From an uncultured Actinomycetota bacterium (lineage in GTDB: Bacteria > Actinomycetota > Actinomycetes > S36-B12 > UBA10799), in the NCBI GenBank assembly GCA_963704075.1, contig CAVPGV010000013.1, positions 17,481 through 81,480 on the forward strand: a stretch of DNA of 64,000 nucleotides. Reading direction: 5' to 3'. The notes beneath the pieces are model-generated. The model was given only the letters and a program-made list of their open reading frames with translations. It searched no databases and had not been told where the DNA came from. Below, one piece after another: positions 1 to 11,088 of the stretch; within the stretch, counting starts at the first letter, position 1, and each line of letters opens with the position of its first letter. A program made the position numbers and the translations under genes.

Positions 1-1532
1 CGGCGGCGCGGTGATCATCGCCGTGATCCTCGCCGGGGTCTGCCGCAACCGCGGGTGGTCCTCGGCGATCCCCTTGATCCTCGCCGGGATCGCGGTCGGA
101 CTGGCACCCTTCGGTCCGCAAGGCCTGGCCGACCCTGAGTTCGTGCTGGTGGTGATCCTGGCGCCGCTGGTGTTCGGCGAGGCGCTGACGAGTTCGATCG
201 TGGACCTGCGGCGGGTCCGACGTCCGGTACTGCTCCTAGCGGTGGGGCTGGTCGTCGTCGGCGCCTTGGCCGTGGGCGCGGTTGCGCAGTGGGTGATACC
301 GGGAATCTGGACATCCATGGCGTTCGCGCTCGGGGCGATCCTCGGTCCCACCGATGCGGTCGCGGTGTCCGCCACGGCCCGAAAGGCGGGCCTGCCCACG
401 ACGCCTTGTGAACATCCTGGAGGGCGAGAGCCTGGTCAACGACGGGACGGCGCTGACATTGTTGCGCGTCTTCTCCCTGTCCGCGGCCGCCGGTAGCGTG
501 ACGGCCGCGGAGGGCACCCTGATCCTTCTCACGTCCGTTCTGAGCGGGCTGCTGGTAGGAGCCGCCGGGGGACTGCTGCTCATGTCCGTGGTGCGCCGGG
601 CCCGCGACACCACGGTGGCCAACGGCCTGATCCTGGTGGCTCCGCTCCCGCTGTACGTGGGCGCGGAGGCGTTGAAGGGCTCGGGCATCCTCGCGGTGGT
701 GCTGGCCGCCTTGATCGTGGCGCACGGGTCGTCCAATGCCGTCACGTACACGGGGCGGCTGCAGGCGACCGGACTCTGGATGACCATTACGTTCATCCTG
801 CAGTCGGCGGCCTTCTTCCTGGTCGGCCTGGAGATGCCCCGGGTGCTCGACGCCATGCCGACGGATCAGATCCCCACCTTGATCGTGGCGATTCCGGTGG
901 TCTTCGTGACGCTGGTGGTGATCCGGTTCGCGTTCGTTTTCCTAATGGCCCTTGTCAGCGGACAGTTGTCGGACAACCGGGGTTGGCTGGTGGCGGCATG
1001 GGCGGGGACGCGCGGTCCGATCTCGGCTCTGGCCGCGTTCACCGTGCCGGTTGCCACGGACGGCGGCGACCGGATTCCGTATCGCGAGTTGGTGATCAGC
1101 ATCACGTTCGGGGTGGTCATCATCTCCCTGCTGCTGGCACCGACCATCGCCTGGTTGGCGCGGGCGGTACATCTACCGAAGGACGACGACGCGTCCACTG
1201 AACGCCGGGTCCACTTGGCGCTGGCCCGCGCGGCGCTCAACCGGCTCGAGGAGATCGAGGAGGAGTCCGAACGCAAGGATTCACCGCTGCCGGCATCAGT
1301 GATCGGTCCGCTTCGATCACGGGCGCAGCAACGTCTGGAGCGCGCTTCGGCGATCTCGGAGCGGGAGGCTGCGCCGCACGACTCGACGGGCGCTCGAGAG
1401 CTCGCTGTGGAGATGATGCGTTCTGAGCAGGAGGAGTTGCTGCGGCTGCGTGATCGGGAGGGACTGCCCGACGAGATCGTCCGACACATGCAGCATGAGA
1501 TCGACGTGAGGATTCGGGCGCTCGGGACGTAG
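1..1532 (+). CDS. Na+/H+ antiporter (CPA1/NhaP type), 5' end probably outside window; frame interrupted once near 396 as assembled
   Basis: ORFs 11..496 and 354..1532 are two halves of one multi-TM antiporter (..GPTDAVAVSATARKAGLP | RRLVNILEGESLVNDGTALTLLRV..). Removing one C from the CCC run at 395-397 restores one frame. Confidence 0.8.
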
Positions 1533-1544
1533 CGGTGCCTCTTG

Positions 1545-2075
1545 TCAGGTTCGGCCTTCGGACTCCTGCGCCTGTTCCAGCAGATCGAGTTGCCGCTCGG
1601 CGGCCTGTGCGTGCATCCATGTCGCGTGCAGCACGGGTAGGCCAAGATCACGCAGGTGATCGACCACTTTGACGTCGTCGTCGACCACGGCCACGAGTTC
1701 ATGCTCCCGCGAGATCGTCTGAATGATCTCGGCTTTGTAGAACCGGGCTGGACGCCGGTCGTGGTTCGGGCGCATGTGCAGTTCCCCGCGGGGCAACCCG
1801 TTCTGCTCAAGCCAGTGCACGGTGTCACGACGGTAGCGGCGGGGTCGTCCCGTCACGTAGATGATGGTCGATCCCGCGGCCAGTGCCTCGTCGGTCGCCT
1901 GACGGCCGGGGGCCAGGACTGGATCATCGACTGCAGCGGCGAAGAAGCCGCGCCAGTTCTTGGGTCGCTCGTCGAGGAAGTGCAATCGGTGCCGGACGTC
2001 GGCGAGCACACCATCGATGTCGAACACTGTCACGTGCACTGTCCGACCGTATCCGCTGGGCAGGCCTCCCGGCAC
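1545..2075 (-). CDS. HAD-superfamily phosphatase (polynucleotide-kinase 3'-phosphatase-like)
   Basis: 176-aa ORF with the HAD motif I FDIDGVL, followed by YVTGRP and VVDDD motifs. Convergent with the antiporter gene. Confidence 0.7.
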   Translation of the reverse strand: MPGGLPSGYGRTVHVTVFDIDGVLADVRHRLHFLDERPKNWRGFFAAAVDDPVLAPGRQATDEALAAGSTIIYVTGRPRRYRRDTVHWLEQNGLPRGELHMRPNHDRRPARFYKAEIIQTISREHELVAVVDDDVKVVDHLRDLGLPVLHATWMHAQAAERQLDLLEQAQESEGRT

Positions 2076-2343
2076 TATTGCGGTACACGCGCCCAGCGAC
2101 GGACCTGCGTCCCCGATTCGACCCGGCCGACGGGCGGGTGTCCACGGCCGGACGTTGGGCAGTCGAACGGGTGTTGGGGAGTCGAAAGGGGCCCCGTTGG
2201 GCTCCCGGTTTCCCGTTTTGGTCCCCGATGTGAGCGACCGGGCTCTGCAGCGGGGCCGCCGGGCGACAGCAGCAACCGGGAACTGCCGTGCCCGCCCACC
2301 ACCTCAGTAGACTGAGAGGACTAACGGCCAGGAAGGCAGTCGA

Positions 2344-4296
2344 GTGTCTATTGATGTGACCGTGTCCGGGGAACCACGCGCCGTCGAGTCCGGGACGACC
2401 GCTGGCGAGGTGCTCGGCGATGACCGCTCCATCCTGGTGGCACGGGTGAACGGCGAACTGCGCGACTTGGACCACCCGGTCGCGCCCGGCGATGCGATCG
2501 AGCCGGTTCGTGCCCACGATCCCGAGGGACTGGCCGTTCTGCGTCATTCGACCGCTCACGTCATGGCCCAGGCCGTCCAGGACCTGTTCCCGGAGGCGAA
2601 ACTGGGCATCGGACCGCCGGTCAAGGACGGGTTCTACTACGACTTCCAGGTCGCCGAGCCGTTCCACCCCGAGGACCTCACACGCATCGAGAAGCGGATG
2701 GTCGAGATCCTCAAGAGCGGTCAGCGGTTCCACCGCCGGGTCGTCACAGAAGGGGAGGCCCACAAGGAACTCTCGACCGAGCCCTTCAAGATCGAGCTGA
2801 TCGGCAAGAAGGGCGGCAATTCCGACGAGATCATGGAGACCGGCGGATCCGAACTCACCGTTTACGACAACATCGACCGAAAGGGTGCGGTCTGCTGGTC
2901 CGACTTGTGCCGGGGGCCGCATGTCCCCAGCACCAAATACATCCCCCCGAACGCGGTCAAGCTCATGCGTACGGCCGCGGTGTACTGGCTGTCCGACGAG
3001 GACAACGAACAGTTGCAGCGCATCTACGGCACGGCCTGGCCGCACAAGGATGATCTGAAGGCCCACCTGCACTTCTTGGAGGAGGCTGCCCGGCGCGACC
3101 ACCGAAAACTCGGCTCCGAACTCGATCTCTTCTCGTTCCCGGAGGAGATCGGCTCGGGTCTGGCGGTGTTCCACCCGAAGGGCGGCATCGTCCGCACCGT
3201 CATGGAGGACTACTCACGGCAACGTCACCTTGCCGCCGGATACGAGTTCGTCAACACACCGCATGTGACCAAAGCGGCGCTGTTCGAGAAGTCCGGTCAT
3301 CTCGACTGGTACGCCGACGGGATGTACCCGCCGATGGATATGGATCACGCGCAGTACTACCTGAAGCCGATGAACTGCCCGATGCACAACCTCATCTACT
3401 CCGCCCGGGGCCGGTCCTACCGCGAACTACCGCTGCGCCTGTTCGAGTTCGGGACCGTCTACCGCTACGAGAAATCCGGGGTGGTTCAAGGGTTGACGCG
3501 TGCTCGCGGGTTCACCCAGGACGATGCGCACATCTACTGCACCCGTGAACAGATGCCCGCCGAACTCGACAGTCTGCTGACATTCGTGCTGGAGCTGCTC
3601 AAGGACTACGGGCTGACCGACTTCTACCTGGAGTTGTCGACGCGCGACCCTGAGAAGAGCATCGGCACCGAGCAGGAGTGGGACGAAGCCACCCGGATCC
3701 TGTTCGAGGCGGCGAAGGCCCAGGACCTGGAGCTCGTCATGGACGAGGGCGGCGCGGCGTTCTACGGACCGAAGATCTCGGTGCAGGCCAAGGACGCCAT
3801 CGGACGGACCTGGCAGATGTCGACCATCCAGGTCGACTTCCAGTTGCCGCAACGATTCAACCTCGAGTACCAGGGGCCGGACGGGACCCGGGAACGCCCG
3901 ATCATGATCCACCGGGCTCTTTTCGGGTCGATCGAGCGCTTCTTCGCAGTGCTGCTGGAACACTACGCCGGCGCTTTCCCCGCCTGGCTGGCACCGGTGA
4001 CGGTGGTGGGTATACCCGTGGCCGATCAGCACATCGGCCACCTGCAGGGCGTCGTGGATCTGCTGCGGTCCCAGGGGGTCCGTGCGGAAGTGGACACCAG
4101 TGCCGACCGGATGCCCAAGAAGATCCGTAACGCGCAGAAGCAAAAAGTCCCGTTCATGCTCATCGCCGGGGACGATGACATCGCGAAGGCGGCGGTGAGC
4201 TTCCGGTATCGCAACGGCGAGCAGCGCAACGGTATCCCCATCGACGAGGCAGTCGCCGAGATCGTCGCCGCTGTTGCCGAGAAGCGCCAGGTCTGA
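2344..4296 (+). CDS. thrS: threonine--tRNA ligase
   Basis: 650-aa ORF with a TGS-like N-terminus and class II aaRS core ([31 protein letters not shown]). GTG start with AGGAAGG just upstream. Confidence 0.95.
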   Translation: MSIDVTVSGEPRAVESGTTAGEVLGDDRSILVARVNGELRDLDHPVAPGDAIEPVRAHDPEGLAVLRHSTAHVMAQAVQDLFPEAKLGIGPPVKDGFYYDFQVAEPFHPEDLTRIEKRMVEILKSGQRFHRRVVTEGEAHKELSTEPFKIELIGKKGGNSDEIMETGGSELTVYDNIDRKGAVCWSDLCRGPHVPSTKYIPPNAVKLMRTAAVYWLSDEDNEQLQRIYGTAWPHKDDLKAHLHFLEEAARRDHRKLGSELDLFSFPEEIGSGLAVFHPKGGIVRTVMEDYSRQRHLAAGYEFVNTPHVTKAALFEKSGHLDWYADGMYPPMDMDHAQYYLKPMNCPMHNLIYSARGRSYRELPLRLFEFGTVYRYEKSGVVQGLTRARGFTQDDAHIYCTREQMPAELDSLLTFVLELLKDYGLTDFYLELSTRDPEKSIGTEQEWDEATRILFEAAKAQDLELVMDEGGAAFYGPKISVQAKDAIGRTWQMSTIQVDFQLPQRFNLEYQGPDGTRERPIMIHRALFGSIERFFAVLLEHYAGAFPAWLAPVTVVGIPVADQHIGHLQGVVDLLRSQGVRAEVDTSADRMPKKIRNAQKQKVPFMLIAGDDDIAKAAVSFRYRNGEQRNGIPIDEAVAEIVAAVAEKRQV

Positions 4297-4811
4297 TGGC
4301 CGGCGCCTCCGCGTGGGACCGGCTGTGGACGCCTCATCGCATCGCGTACATCAAGGGGGAGAACCGCCCGGATCATCAGGATGCCGGTGACGATTGCCCC
4401 TTCTGCCGGGTCCCCCGCCTCGATGACCCTGAGGCGCTGATCGTCCACCGGGGCGAGTTGGTCTACGTCGTGTTGAACCTGTACCCGTACAACCCGGGCC
4501 ACATGTTGGTGTGCCCCTACCGGCACATCCCGGACTACACACAGCTCGACGCCGCCGAGTTGCTGGAGTTCTCCGCCTTCACACAGGCGGCGATGACCGC
4601 GATGCGGGCGATCGCTGCGCCGCAAGGGTTCAACCTGGGTATGAACCAGGGTGCCATCGGAGGTGCGGGGATCGCCGGACACCTGCACCAGCACGTTGTT
4701 CCCCGGTGGGGCGGGGACACCAACTTCATCACTGTGGTCGGAGGCACCAAGACGATGCCCGCGCTGCTGGAGGAGACCCGGGAACTGCTGGCAGCGGCCT
4801 GGCCCAGCTGA
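4296..4811 (+). CDS. HIT family protein
   Basis: 171 aa with the histidine triad HLHQHVVPRW. Its start overlaps the thrS stop (TGATG). Same position as Rv2613c. Confidence 0.9.
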   Translation: MAGASAWDRLWTPHRIAYIKGENRPDHQDAGDDCPFCRVPRLDDPEALIVHRGELVYVVLNLYPYNPGHMLVCPYRHIPDYTQLDAAELLEFSAFTQAAMTAMRAIAAPQGFNLGMNQGAIGGAGIAGHLHQHVVPRWGGDTNFITVVGGTKTMPALLEETRELLAAAWPS

Positions 4812-4837
4812 CGCCGCCACTTCGCGCGTTGCGCGCG

Positions 4838-5718
4838 CTACTCCAGCGCGACCAGCCACGAACCGAGCATCGGGACCGGCTCGAGGCGTGCGGCCGCCAC
4901 ACCGCCGGGAGGCAAGTGCGACACCAGCGCGGGCTCGAGCAGGTCCGAGAGGGCCGAGATCGTCACCGGTTGTGTGGCCGGACCGAGGATCGTCAGGCAG
5001 GGTCCCAGCGCGCACCCTTGTGGACCCGCCGCGATGAGCGGCTGGTCGACGTCGTCGCCCGGCAGCACGGTGCTGGCGGCCGGCACGGACCGGGCCGGCA
5101 GGTGAGCGGCCAGCCAGTCGACGCCGGCCCCGCTGCGGGTATCGATCGTCACTGCCGGGGCGAGCAGTCCCTCCCGGATGGCTTCGTGGGGATCAGCGCC
5201 AACCGCGTCGGCGGCGTCGTAGAGAGTGTTCGTCTCGGCCTCGACGGCATCGCTGAAGTCGTCGCGGGGCGCCTCGAGCGTGCCGTCGGGGAAGTATTGC
5301 CGACCCGAGCGTCACATCGAGCACACCGATCACGCTCTCATCGTCGTCCAGCAGCGGCAACGTGGTGGTGAGCACGTCCTCCTCGAGGACGCGGGAAGCA
5401 ATGGCCGACGGCCTCGTTCACGTCGAGGGTGGCGGGGCCGAGATCGTGGACCAGAACGTAGCGGGCGCGGCCCGCTTCGGCGAGCAGCTGCCAGATCTCC
5501 AGGAAGCGCCCGTCCATCCCCTGACCTGCGCTGAAGAGGTGCACGCCGGCGTCGGCCGCGGCGCACACGGACTGAGCCGCGGGCAGCGGAAGATCGGCCG
5601 GTACGTGGGCTGCCACCACCCCGGCAGCGCGCAATCGGCGGGTCAGCCAGCGTGCCACCCCGTCCTGCAGTCCGAAGACGAGAACCACCGGGGGCGCGCC
5701 GGAACCAGAAGAAGCCAC
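4838..5718 (-). pseudogene. conserved hypothetical protein, reading frame broken twice as assembled
   Basis: Three minus-strand ORF pieces (5338..5874, 5193..5375, 4838..5152) read through as one protein: ..LDVNEAV | AIASRVLEEDVLTTTLPLLDDDESVIGVLDVTLGS | YFPDGTLEAPRDDFSDAVEAE..TIDTRSGAGVDWLAAHL.. Shifts lie near 5395 and 5290. Candidate GTG start at 5718. Function not recognised. Confidence 0.45.
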
Positions 5719-5770
5719 GCCCCGACTAATAGCATGAGTTGGTGTCACCACGCCTCGGAGGGAATCCCGC

Positions 5771-6373
5771 ATGCTGAACCAGACCAACGTGCGGGCTGGC
5801 CTCGCGAAGGTCGTCGAGCCGGTTGCGCGCGGCCTTCTGCGGATCGGGCTGTCCCCGGACGCGGTGACGGTCATCGGAACGGTCGGGGTCAGTGGGGCGG
5901 CCGCCTACTTCTTCCCCGACGGTGAGTTCGTCATCGGCATCCTGATCATGGTGCTGTTCGTCTTTTCGGACATGCTCGACGGCACTATGGCCAGGCTGCA
6001 GAAGCGGACCGGCGTGTGGGGAGCGTTCCTGGACTCAACGTTGGACCGGGTGGCCGACGGGGTCATTTTCGGGTCCGTTCTCATCTGGGCGGTGCGCGGG
6101 CAGTCGGCATGGGTGCAGGCGGCGGCATTCGTATGTCTCGTGGGCGGGTTCGTGATCTCCTACGCCCGCGCTCGCGCTGAGAGTGTCGGGCTCGACTGCA
6201 AAGTGGGCATCGCCGAGCGCACCGAACGCCTGTTGCTGCTGCTGGTCCCCGCGTTCTTCTACGGTCTCGGGGTTCCCTATCTGCTTCCGGCGGCGCTGTT
6301 CGTCCTCTCGATCTTGGTGTTGATCACCGTGTGGCAGAGATTCGCACACGTCTACCGGCAGGCCATGGCATGA
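5771..6373 (+). CDS. pgsA1: CDP-alcohol phosphatidyltransferase (phosphatidylinositol phosphate synthase type)
   Basis: 200 aa, multi-TM, with the CDP-alcohol motif DMLDGTMARLQKRTGVWGAFLDSTLDRVAD. Synteny with thrS, HIT and pimA. Confidence 0.9.
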   Translation: MLNQTNVRAGLAKVVEPVARGLLRIGLSPDAVTVIGTVGVSGAAAYFFPDGEFVIGILIMVLFVFSDMLDGTMARLQKRTGVWGAFLDSTLDRVADGVIFGSVLIWAVRGQSAWVQAAAFVCLVGGFVISYARARAESVGLDCKVGIAERTERLLLLLVPAFFYGLGVPYLLPAALFVLSILVLITVWQRFAHVYRQAMA

Positions 6374-7299
6374 ACATCCAGGACGAAGTCACCTACTGGG
6401 CCTACGCGACTGGATGGCGCATCGTCAGAGCCTTGCCGGAGAAGCAGGCGTACGGTCTGTTCGACCGCTTCGCCGATCAGGTATGGCGGCGCCGGGGCGA
6501 AGGTGTCGTGCAACTCGAGAAGAACCTGCGCCGGGTCCTCCCCGACGCTACGGAGGCGCAGATCCGGGAGGTCTCGCACGAGGGGATGCGCTCCTACTTG
6601 CGGTACTGGTGCGACGCCTTCCGACTGCCCTCGTGGACTCCTGAGGAGATCACCCACCGGCACCGGGCGGTCAACGCCCATCACCTCGAGGACGCCCTGG
6701 CCGCCGGTCACGGCGCGGTGTTCGCCGTGCCGCACGCGGGCAACTACGACCTGACCGGCGCCTGGGCCAGCATCCATTTCGCCCAGGTGATCAGCGTTGC
6801 CGAGCGGCTCAAGCCCGAGCGATTGTACGAGGAGTTCCTGGATTTCCGCCGAACACTGGGTATGAAGATCCTTCCGCACGCCGGTGCGGAGGGGGTGTTC
6901 GACCAACTCGTCGATCTGGTCCGCGAGAACGGCCTGCTCGCCCTGCTGGCCGACCGTGACCTCAGCCGCCACGGGGTGCAGGTGGAGTTCTTCGGCGAGC
7001 CGGCGAAGATGCCGATCGGTCCCGCGGCGATCTCGCTGCTCACCGGAGCGCCGATGCTGGCCACCGCCCTGTACTACCAGGGGCCACGCGCCCACGTGCA
7101 CGTCTTCGCCCCCGTGGAGAAACCTGCCGGTGACTGGACCTCGTCCAAGCGCTTCGACGAGGACTTCATCGGGGCCGCTCACGTCCTGACACAGTCCATG
7201 GCCGATCAACTTGCCGAGGGGATCGCCACCCATCCGCAGCACTGGCACATGCTGCAGCCGGTGTTCATCGCCGACCTCGATCCGCGGCGGCGACAGTGA
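6370..7299 (+). CDS. phosphatidylinositol mannoside acyltransferase (lysophospholipid/HtrB-type acyltransferase)
   Basis: HX4D acyltransferase motif HAGNYD. ATGA start/stop overlap with pgsA1. Position equals Rv2611c. The track ORF begins at 6331; I trimmed it to the coupled ATG at 6370. Confidence 0.85.
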   Translation: MNIQDEVTYWAYATGWRIVRALPEKQAYGLFDRFADQVWRRRGEGVVQLEKNLRRVLPDATEAQIREVSHEGMRSYLRYWCDAFRLPSWTPEEITHRHRAVNAHHLEDALAAGHGAVFAVPHAGNYDLTGAWASIHFAQVISVAERLKPERLYEEFLDFRRTLGMKILPHAGAEGVFDQLVDLVRENGLLALLADRDLSRHGVQVEFFGEPAKMPIGPAAISLLTGAPMLATALYYQGPRAHVHVFAPVEKPAGDWTSSKRFDEDFIGAAHVLTQSMADQLAEGIATHPQHWHMLQPVFIADLDPRRRQ

Positions 7300-8474
7300 A
7301 GGTCGGCATCGTCTGTCCCTACGACTGGACCTCGCCGGGCGGTGTCAAGGCCCACGTGCACGACCTCGCGGTCACCCTTCGCCGCTTTGGTCACGATGTC
7401 AGCGTGCTCGCGCCGGTCGACGACGACGAGTACCCGCTCGAGCCGTTCGTCGTCGACGGCGGCAAACCCGTCTCGGTGCCGTACAACGGCTCGGTGGCCA
7501 AGGTGAACTTCGGCCCGGTGTCGGCCACCCGGGTGCGTCGCTGGATCAAGGAAGGCGACTTCGATGTCTTGCACGTGCACGAACCGGCCTCGCCGACGCT
7601 GAGCGTTCTGGCGTGCTGGGCCGCGCGCGGGCCGATGGTCGCCACCTGGCACAGTTCCCTGCAACGGTCACGGGCACTGTCGGCCGCCTACTACCTGATG
7701 CAGACCGCGATGGAGAAGATCTCCGCCCGGATCGCCGTGAGCGAGGCTGCACGTCAGACTCTCGTCAAGCACCTCGGCGGTGATGCGGTCCTTATCCCCA
7801 ACGGGGTCGTGTGCTCGGACTACGAGGCTGCCCGGCCGTTGCCCGGCTACCCGCGCCAGGACCCGACGCTGTTCTTCATCGGCCGCATCGACGAGCCGCG
7901 CAAAGGACTGCACGTGCTGCTCGGCGCCCTACCGCGAATCGCAGCGGCGCATCCGGGTGTTGAGGTTCTGGTGGCCGGCCCCGGCGACCAGGAGCAGGCC
8001 ACCGAGGGCCTCGCGCCGGAGTTGAGGGACAACGTCCGCTTCTTGGGCCTGGTCACCGACGCCGACAAGATCAGCGGTTTCGCCAGCGCCGATGTGTACG
8101 TGGCGCCCAACACCGGTGGTGAGAGCTTCGGCATCGTGCTGCTGGAGTCCATGGCTGCCGGTACTCCCGTCGTCGCCAGCAATCTCGAGGCTTTCGCCAG
8201 CGTCCTGGACGGGGGGAGGTCCGGTGAGTTGTTCGTCAGTGAGGATCCCGATTCTTTGGCCGACACCGTGCTCGACCTGTTGGCCGATCCGCAACGGCGT
8301 GAAACCCTCGTGCCGATCGGTCACGAGCGGGCACGGCAGTTCGACTGGGAGGTCGTGGCCCGGGAGATCGAACAGGTCTATGAAAGCGTCACCGCGACCG
8401 GCGAGAAGGTCGAGAACGACATGCGCGGGCAGTTCGTCGGCCGGCTGGCCAGACCGAACCGGGACGAGGTCTGA
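7296..8474 (+). CDS. pimA: GT4 glycosyltransferase, phosphatidylinositol alpha-mannosyltransferase type
   Basis: 392 aa with GT4 signatures (EPRKG, GGESFGIVLLESMAAGTPVVAS). GTGA overlap with the upstream gene. Synteny as Rv2610c. Confidence 0.88.
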   Translation: MKVGIVCPYDWTSPGGVKAHVHDLAVTLRRFGHDVSVLAPVDDDEYPLEPFVVDGGKPVSVPYNGSVAKVNFGPVSATRVRRWIKEGDFDVLHVHEPASPTLSVLACWAARGPMVATWHSSLQRSRALSAAYYLMQTAMEKISARIAVSEAARQTLVKHLGGDAVLIPNGVVCSDYEAARPLPGYPRQDPTLFFIGRIDEPRKGLHVLLGALPRIAAAHPGVEVLVAGPGDQEQATEGLAPELRDNVRFLGLVTDADKISGFASADVYVAPNTGGESFGIVLLESMAAGTPVVASNLEAFASVLDGGRSGELFVSEDPDSLADTVLDLLADPQRRETLVPIGHERARQFDWEVVAREIEQVYESVTATGEKVENDMRGQFVGRLARPNRDEV

Positions 8475-9034
8475 TGGACGTCTGGATGGTCGTGCTGGTC
8501 GTTGTGCTGGTCGTGTTGTTCGTGTTGTACCTGTCGCAGACGGCCGCGCGTCTGGACCGACTGCACCACCGGGTGGACACCTCATTGGCCACCCTGCAGG
8601 CCCAGTTCATGGATCGGGCCAACGAGGTCCTGTCCTTGGCCAGTTCTGGGCGGCTCGATCCATCGACGAGCGTGCTGCTCGCCGACGCCGCCGACAATGC
8701 GCTGGCGCAGGCGCGCGCCAGTGACGCTGAGTTCACGCTCGCCCGGTCCAGCGCCGAGAGTGCGCTCACCAGTGCGCTGGAGGCGACCTTCACCGATCCC
8801 CAGGTGGTGGCCGAACTCGTGGACCAGCCCGATGGCCAACGCGCCGTGAACGACCTGTCCGCCACCATCCAGAAGGCCGCTTGGTCACGGCGTTTCCACA
8901 ACGATGCGGTACGCGCCACCTTGGCGGTGCGCCGTCAGCGCCTTGTCAGGCTGTTCCGCCTCGCCGGCTCGGCCGCCCTTCCGCACACCGTCGAACTCGA
9001 CGACGAAGTGCCACCGGCCCTGCGCACGCGCTGA
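8474..9034 (+). CDS. hypothetical membrane-anchored protein
   Basis: 186-aa ORF with one N-terminal TM helix (VVLVVVLVVLFVLYL) and an Ala-rich helical remainder. Start overlaps the pimA stop. Confidence 0.6.
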   Translation: MDVWMVVLVVVLVVLFVLYLSQTAARLDRLHHRVDTSLATLQAQFMDRANEVLSLASSGRLDPSTSVLLADAADNALAQARASDAEFTLARSSAESALTSALEATFTDPQVVAELVDQPDGQRAVNDLSATIQKAAWSRRFHNDAVRATLAVRRQRLVRLFRLAGSAALPHTVELDDEVPPALRTR

Positions 9035-9592
9035 CCGCCCGGTCGCTCCACGAGGTCGCCCAGGCCCTGGTCAGACGGCCGGGTCGCCGCGGTCTGTGTG
9101 CGGATCAGATACCTGAGCTGCCCGCCAGGCACCGGAACCGCTCTTGGCGGTCCTTCGGATTTCAGCAGTGGAGTCAGCGTTGAGTCAGTCCGGAGCTGAC
9201 GCCTTGTCGCTTTCGGACAGGTCGTCGCCGACGGTGCCGGACCCGGCCGGGCTGGTACCCTCGAGCCGGTGGGGTGAACCCGACTACCCCTCGACCTCAA
9301 AGGAAGCCTTCTGGTGAGGATTCGACCAGTGGCTGGTCGTTTCTTCACCGAAAGGAAGTTCGGGCCCACTCTGTGCAGGCGGCCGAAGCCGAGTATCACG
9401 TCGCCAACACAGCGCCCGTTCGCTGCCCCCTCGAATCCGAAGCGCCGCTTTGGCCGCGGGGTCACGCCGGCGACCTCGGCGTGCGCGTGCGTCGAGGTGT
9501 CCACGGCGACCGTCCATCGCGGGTGCACCGACGGCATTAGGTGGGTGGCAGCAACCGGCCCTACCATTGGTCTAGACCTGAAAGGAATTCTG

Positions 9593-10489
9593 ATGACTGA
9601 CCCCACCCATGTGACTGGTTCGGCCCGCGTCAAACGCGGTATGGCGGAAATGCTCAAGGGCGGCGTGATCATGGATGTGGTGAACGCCGAGCAGGCCAAG
9701 ATCGCCGAGGACGCCGGAGCCGTAGCGGTCATGGCCCTCGAACGGGTGCCCGCGGACATCCGTGCCCAGGGCGGCGTTGCGCGCATGAGTGACCCCGACC
9801 TCATCGACGGCATCATCGAGGCCGTGTCCATCCCGGTCATGGCCAAGGCTCGGATCGGGCACTTCGTCGAGGCGCAGATCCTGCAGTCGCTCGGCGTGGA
9901 CTACGTCGACGAGTCCGAGGTGCTCACCCCGGCGGACTACTCCCACCACATCGACAAGTGGCAGTTCACCGTTCCCTTCGTCTGCGGTGCCACGAACCTC
10001 GGAGAGGCGTTGCGCCGGATCACCGAAGGGGCGGCGATGATCCGCAGCAAGGGGGAGGCGGGAACGGGCGACGTGTCGAATGCGACCACCCACATGCGGA
10101 CCATACGCGACGAGATGAAACGCCTTGCGAACCTGCCGGAGGACGAGTTGTACCTCGCGGCGAAGGACCTGCAGGCGCCATACGACCTGGTCGCCGAAGT
10201 CGCGCGGACCGGCAGCATCCCCGTGGTGATGTTCACCGCCGGCGGCATCGCCACTCCGGCCGACGCCGCCATGATGATGCAACTCGGGGCGGACGGCGTG
10301 TTCGTCGGCAGCGGCATCTTCAAGTCCGGCAACCCCGCGGAGCGGGCGGCTGCGATCGTTGCGGCCACGACCCACTTCGACGACCCGGACATCCTCGCGA
10401 AGGTGTCGCGCGGACTCGGTGAGGCGATGGTCGGGATCAACGTAGAGGAGCTCCCGGAGCCGCACCGACTCGCCGAACGCGGCTGGTGA
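9593..10489 (+). CDS. pdxS: pyridoxal 5'-phosphate synthase lyase subunit PdxS
   Basis: [41 protein letters not shown].. is the classical PdxS/SNZ sequence. Trimmed from track ORF 9314 to the ATG at 9593, where homology begins. Confidence 0.95.
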   Translation: MTDPTHVTGSARVKRGMAEMLKGGVIMDVVNAEQAKIAEDAGAVAVMALERVPADIRAQGGVARMSDPDLIDGIIEAVSIPVMAKARIGHFVEAQILQSLGVDYVDESEVLTPADYSHHIDKWQFTVPFVCGATNLGEALRRITEGAAMIRSKGEAGTGDVSNATTHMRTIRDEMKRLANLPEDELYLAAKDLQAPYDLVAEVARTGSIPVVMFTAGGIATPADAAMMMQLGADGVFVGSGIFKSGNPAERAAAIVAATTHFDDPDILAKVSRGLGEAMVGINVEELPEPHRLAERGW

Positions 10490-11088
10490 CAGCGCGGGTA
10501 GGGGTTCTCGCGCTCCAAGGTGACGTCCGCGAACACGTGCGGATGCTGCAGGAATGCGGCGTGCAGGCGACCAAGGTTCGCACCCCGGCGGATCTTGCGG
10601 CGGTTTCGGGCCTGGTGATACCCGGCGGGGAGTCGACGACCATCGGCATGCTGATCCGGCGCAACGACCTGGAGGAACCGCTAGCGGCGGCACTCCGGGC
10701 GGGTTTGCCCGTTCTAGGAACGTGCGCGGGGATGATCCTGCTGGCCCGAGAAGTGCTCGACGGGCGACCGGATCAGTTGAGCTTCGGCGCGATCGACATG
10801 ACGGTGCGGCGTAATGCATTCGGCCGTCAGGTCGATTCCTTCGAGACCGCGGTTCCGGTGCCCGCACTGGCCGGGCCACCGGTGACCGCGGTCTTCATCC
10901 GGGCGCCCTGGGTGGAGCGGGTGGGACCCGACGTCGAGATCCTCGCCACGGTCGAGACCCAGAACGACCCGGATACAATCGTGGCCGTTCGGCAGGGCCG
11001 GGCGGTGGCGACCTCGTTCCACCCGGAGATGACCGACGACCGGCGGTTCCACACCTTGCTGGTCTCGATGGTTTTGGAGGAAGTATGA
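10486..11088 (+). CDS. pdxT: pyridoxal 5'-phosphate synthase glutaminase subunit PdxT
   Basis: 200 aa; [13 protein letters not shown] and GTCAGMILL (class I amidotransferase Cys). Overlaps the pdxS stop. Confidence 0.93.
   Translation: MTARVGVLALQGDVREHVRMLQECGVQATKVRTPADLAAVSGLVIPGGESTTIGMLIRRNDLEEPLAAALRAGLPVLGTCAGMILLAREVLDGRPDQLSFGAIDMTVRRNAFGRQVDSFETAVPVPALAGPPVTAVFIRAPWVERVGPDVEILATVETQNDPDTIVAVRQGRAVATSFHPEMTDDRRFHTLLVSMVLEEV

Noticed and set aside
2076-2343. Possible T-box or other leader upstream of thrS (268-nt gap with GC-rich hairpins such as CCGGCCG..CGGCCGG)
   Set aside because: I could not find the T-box consensus, a specifier/terminator-antiterminator arrangement, or any other motif I recognise. 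Generic GC-rich hairpins are expected by chance.
4838-5718. Tentative idea that the interrupted minus-strand gene is an EF-G/GTPase-like protein
   Set aside because: No P-loop or other G-motifs could be identified in the joined translation, so it is left as hypothetical.
9314-9592. 93-codon N-terminal extension of pdxS
   Set aside because: PdxS homology starts at [24 protein letters not shown] (ATG 9593). The upstream part has no PdxS similarity.
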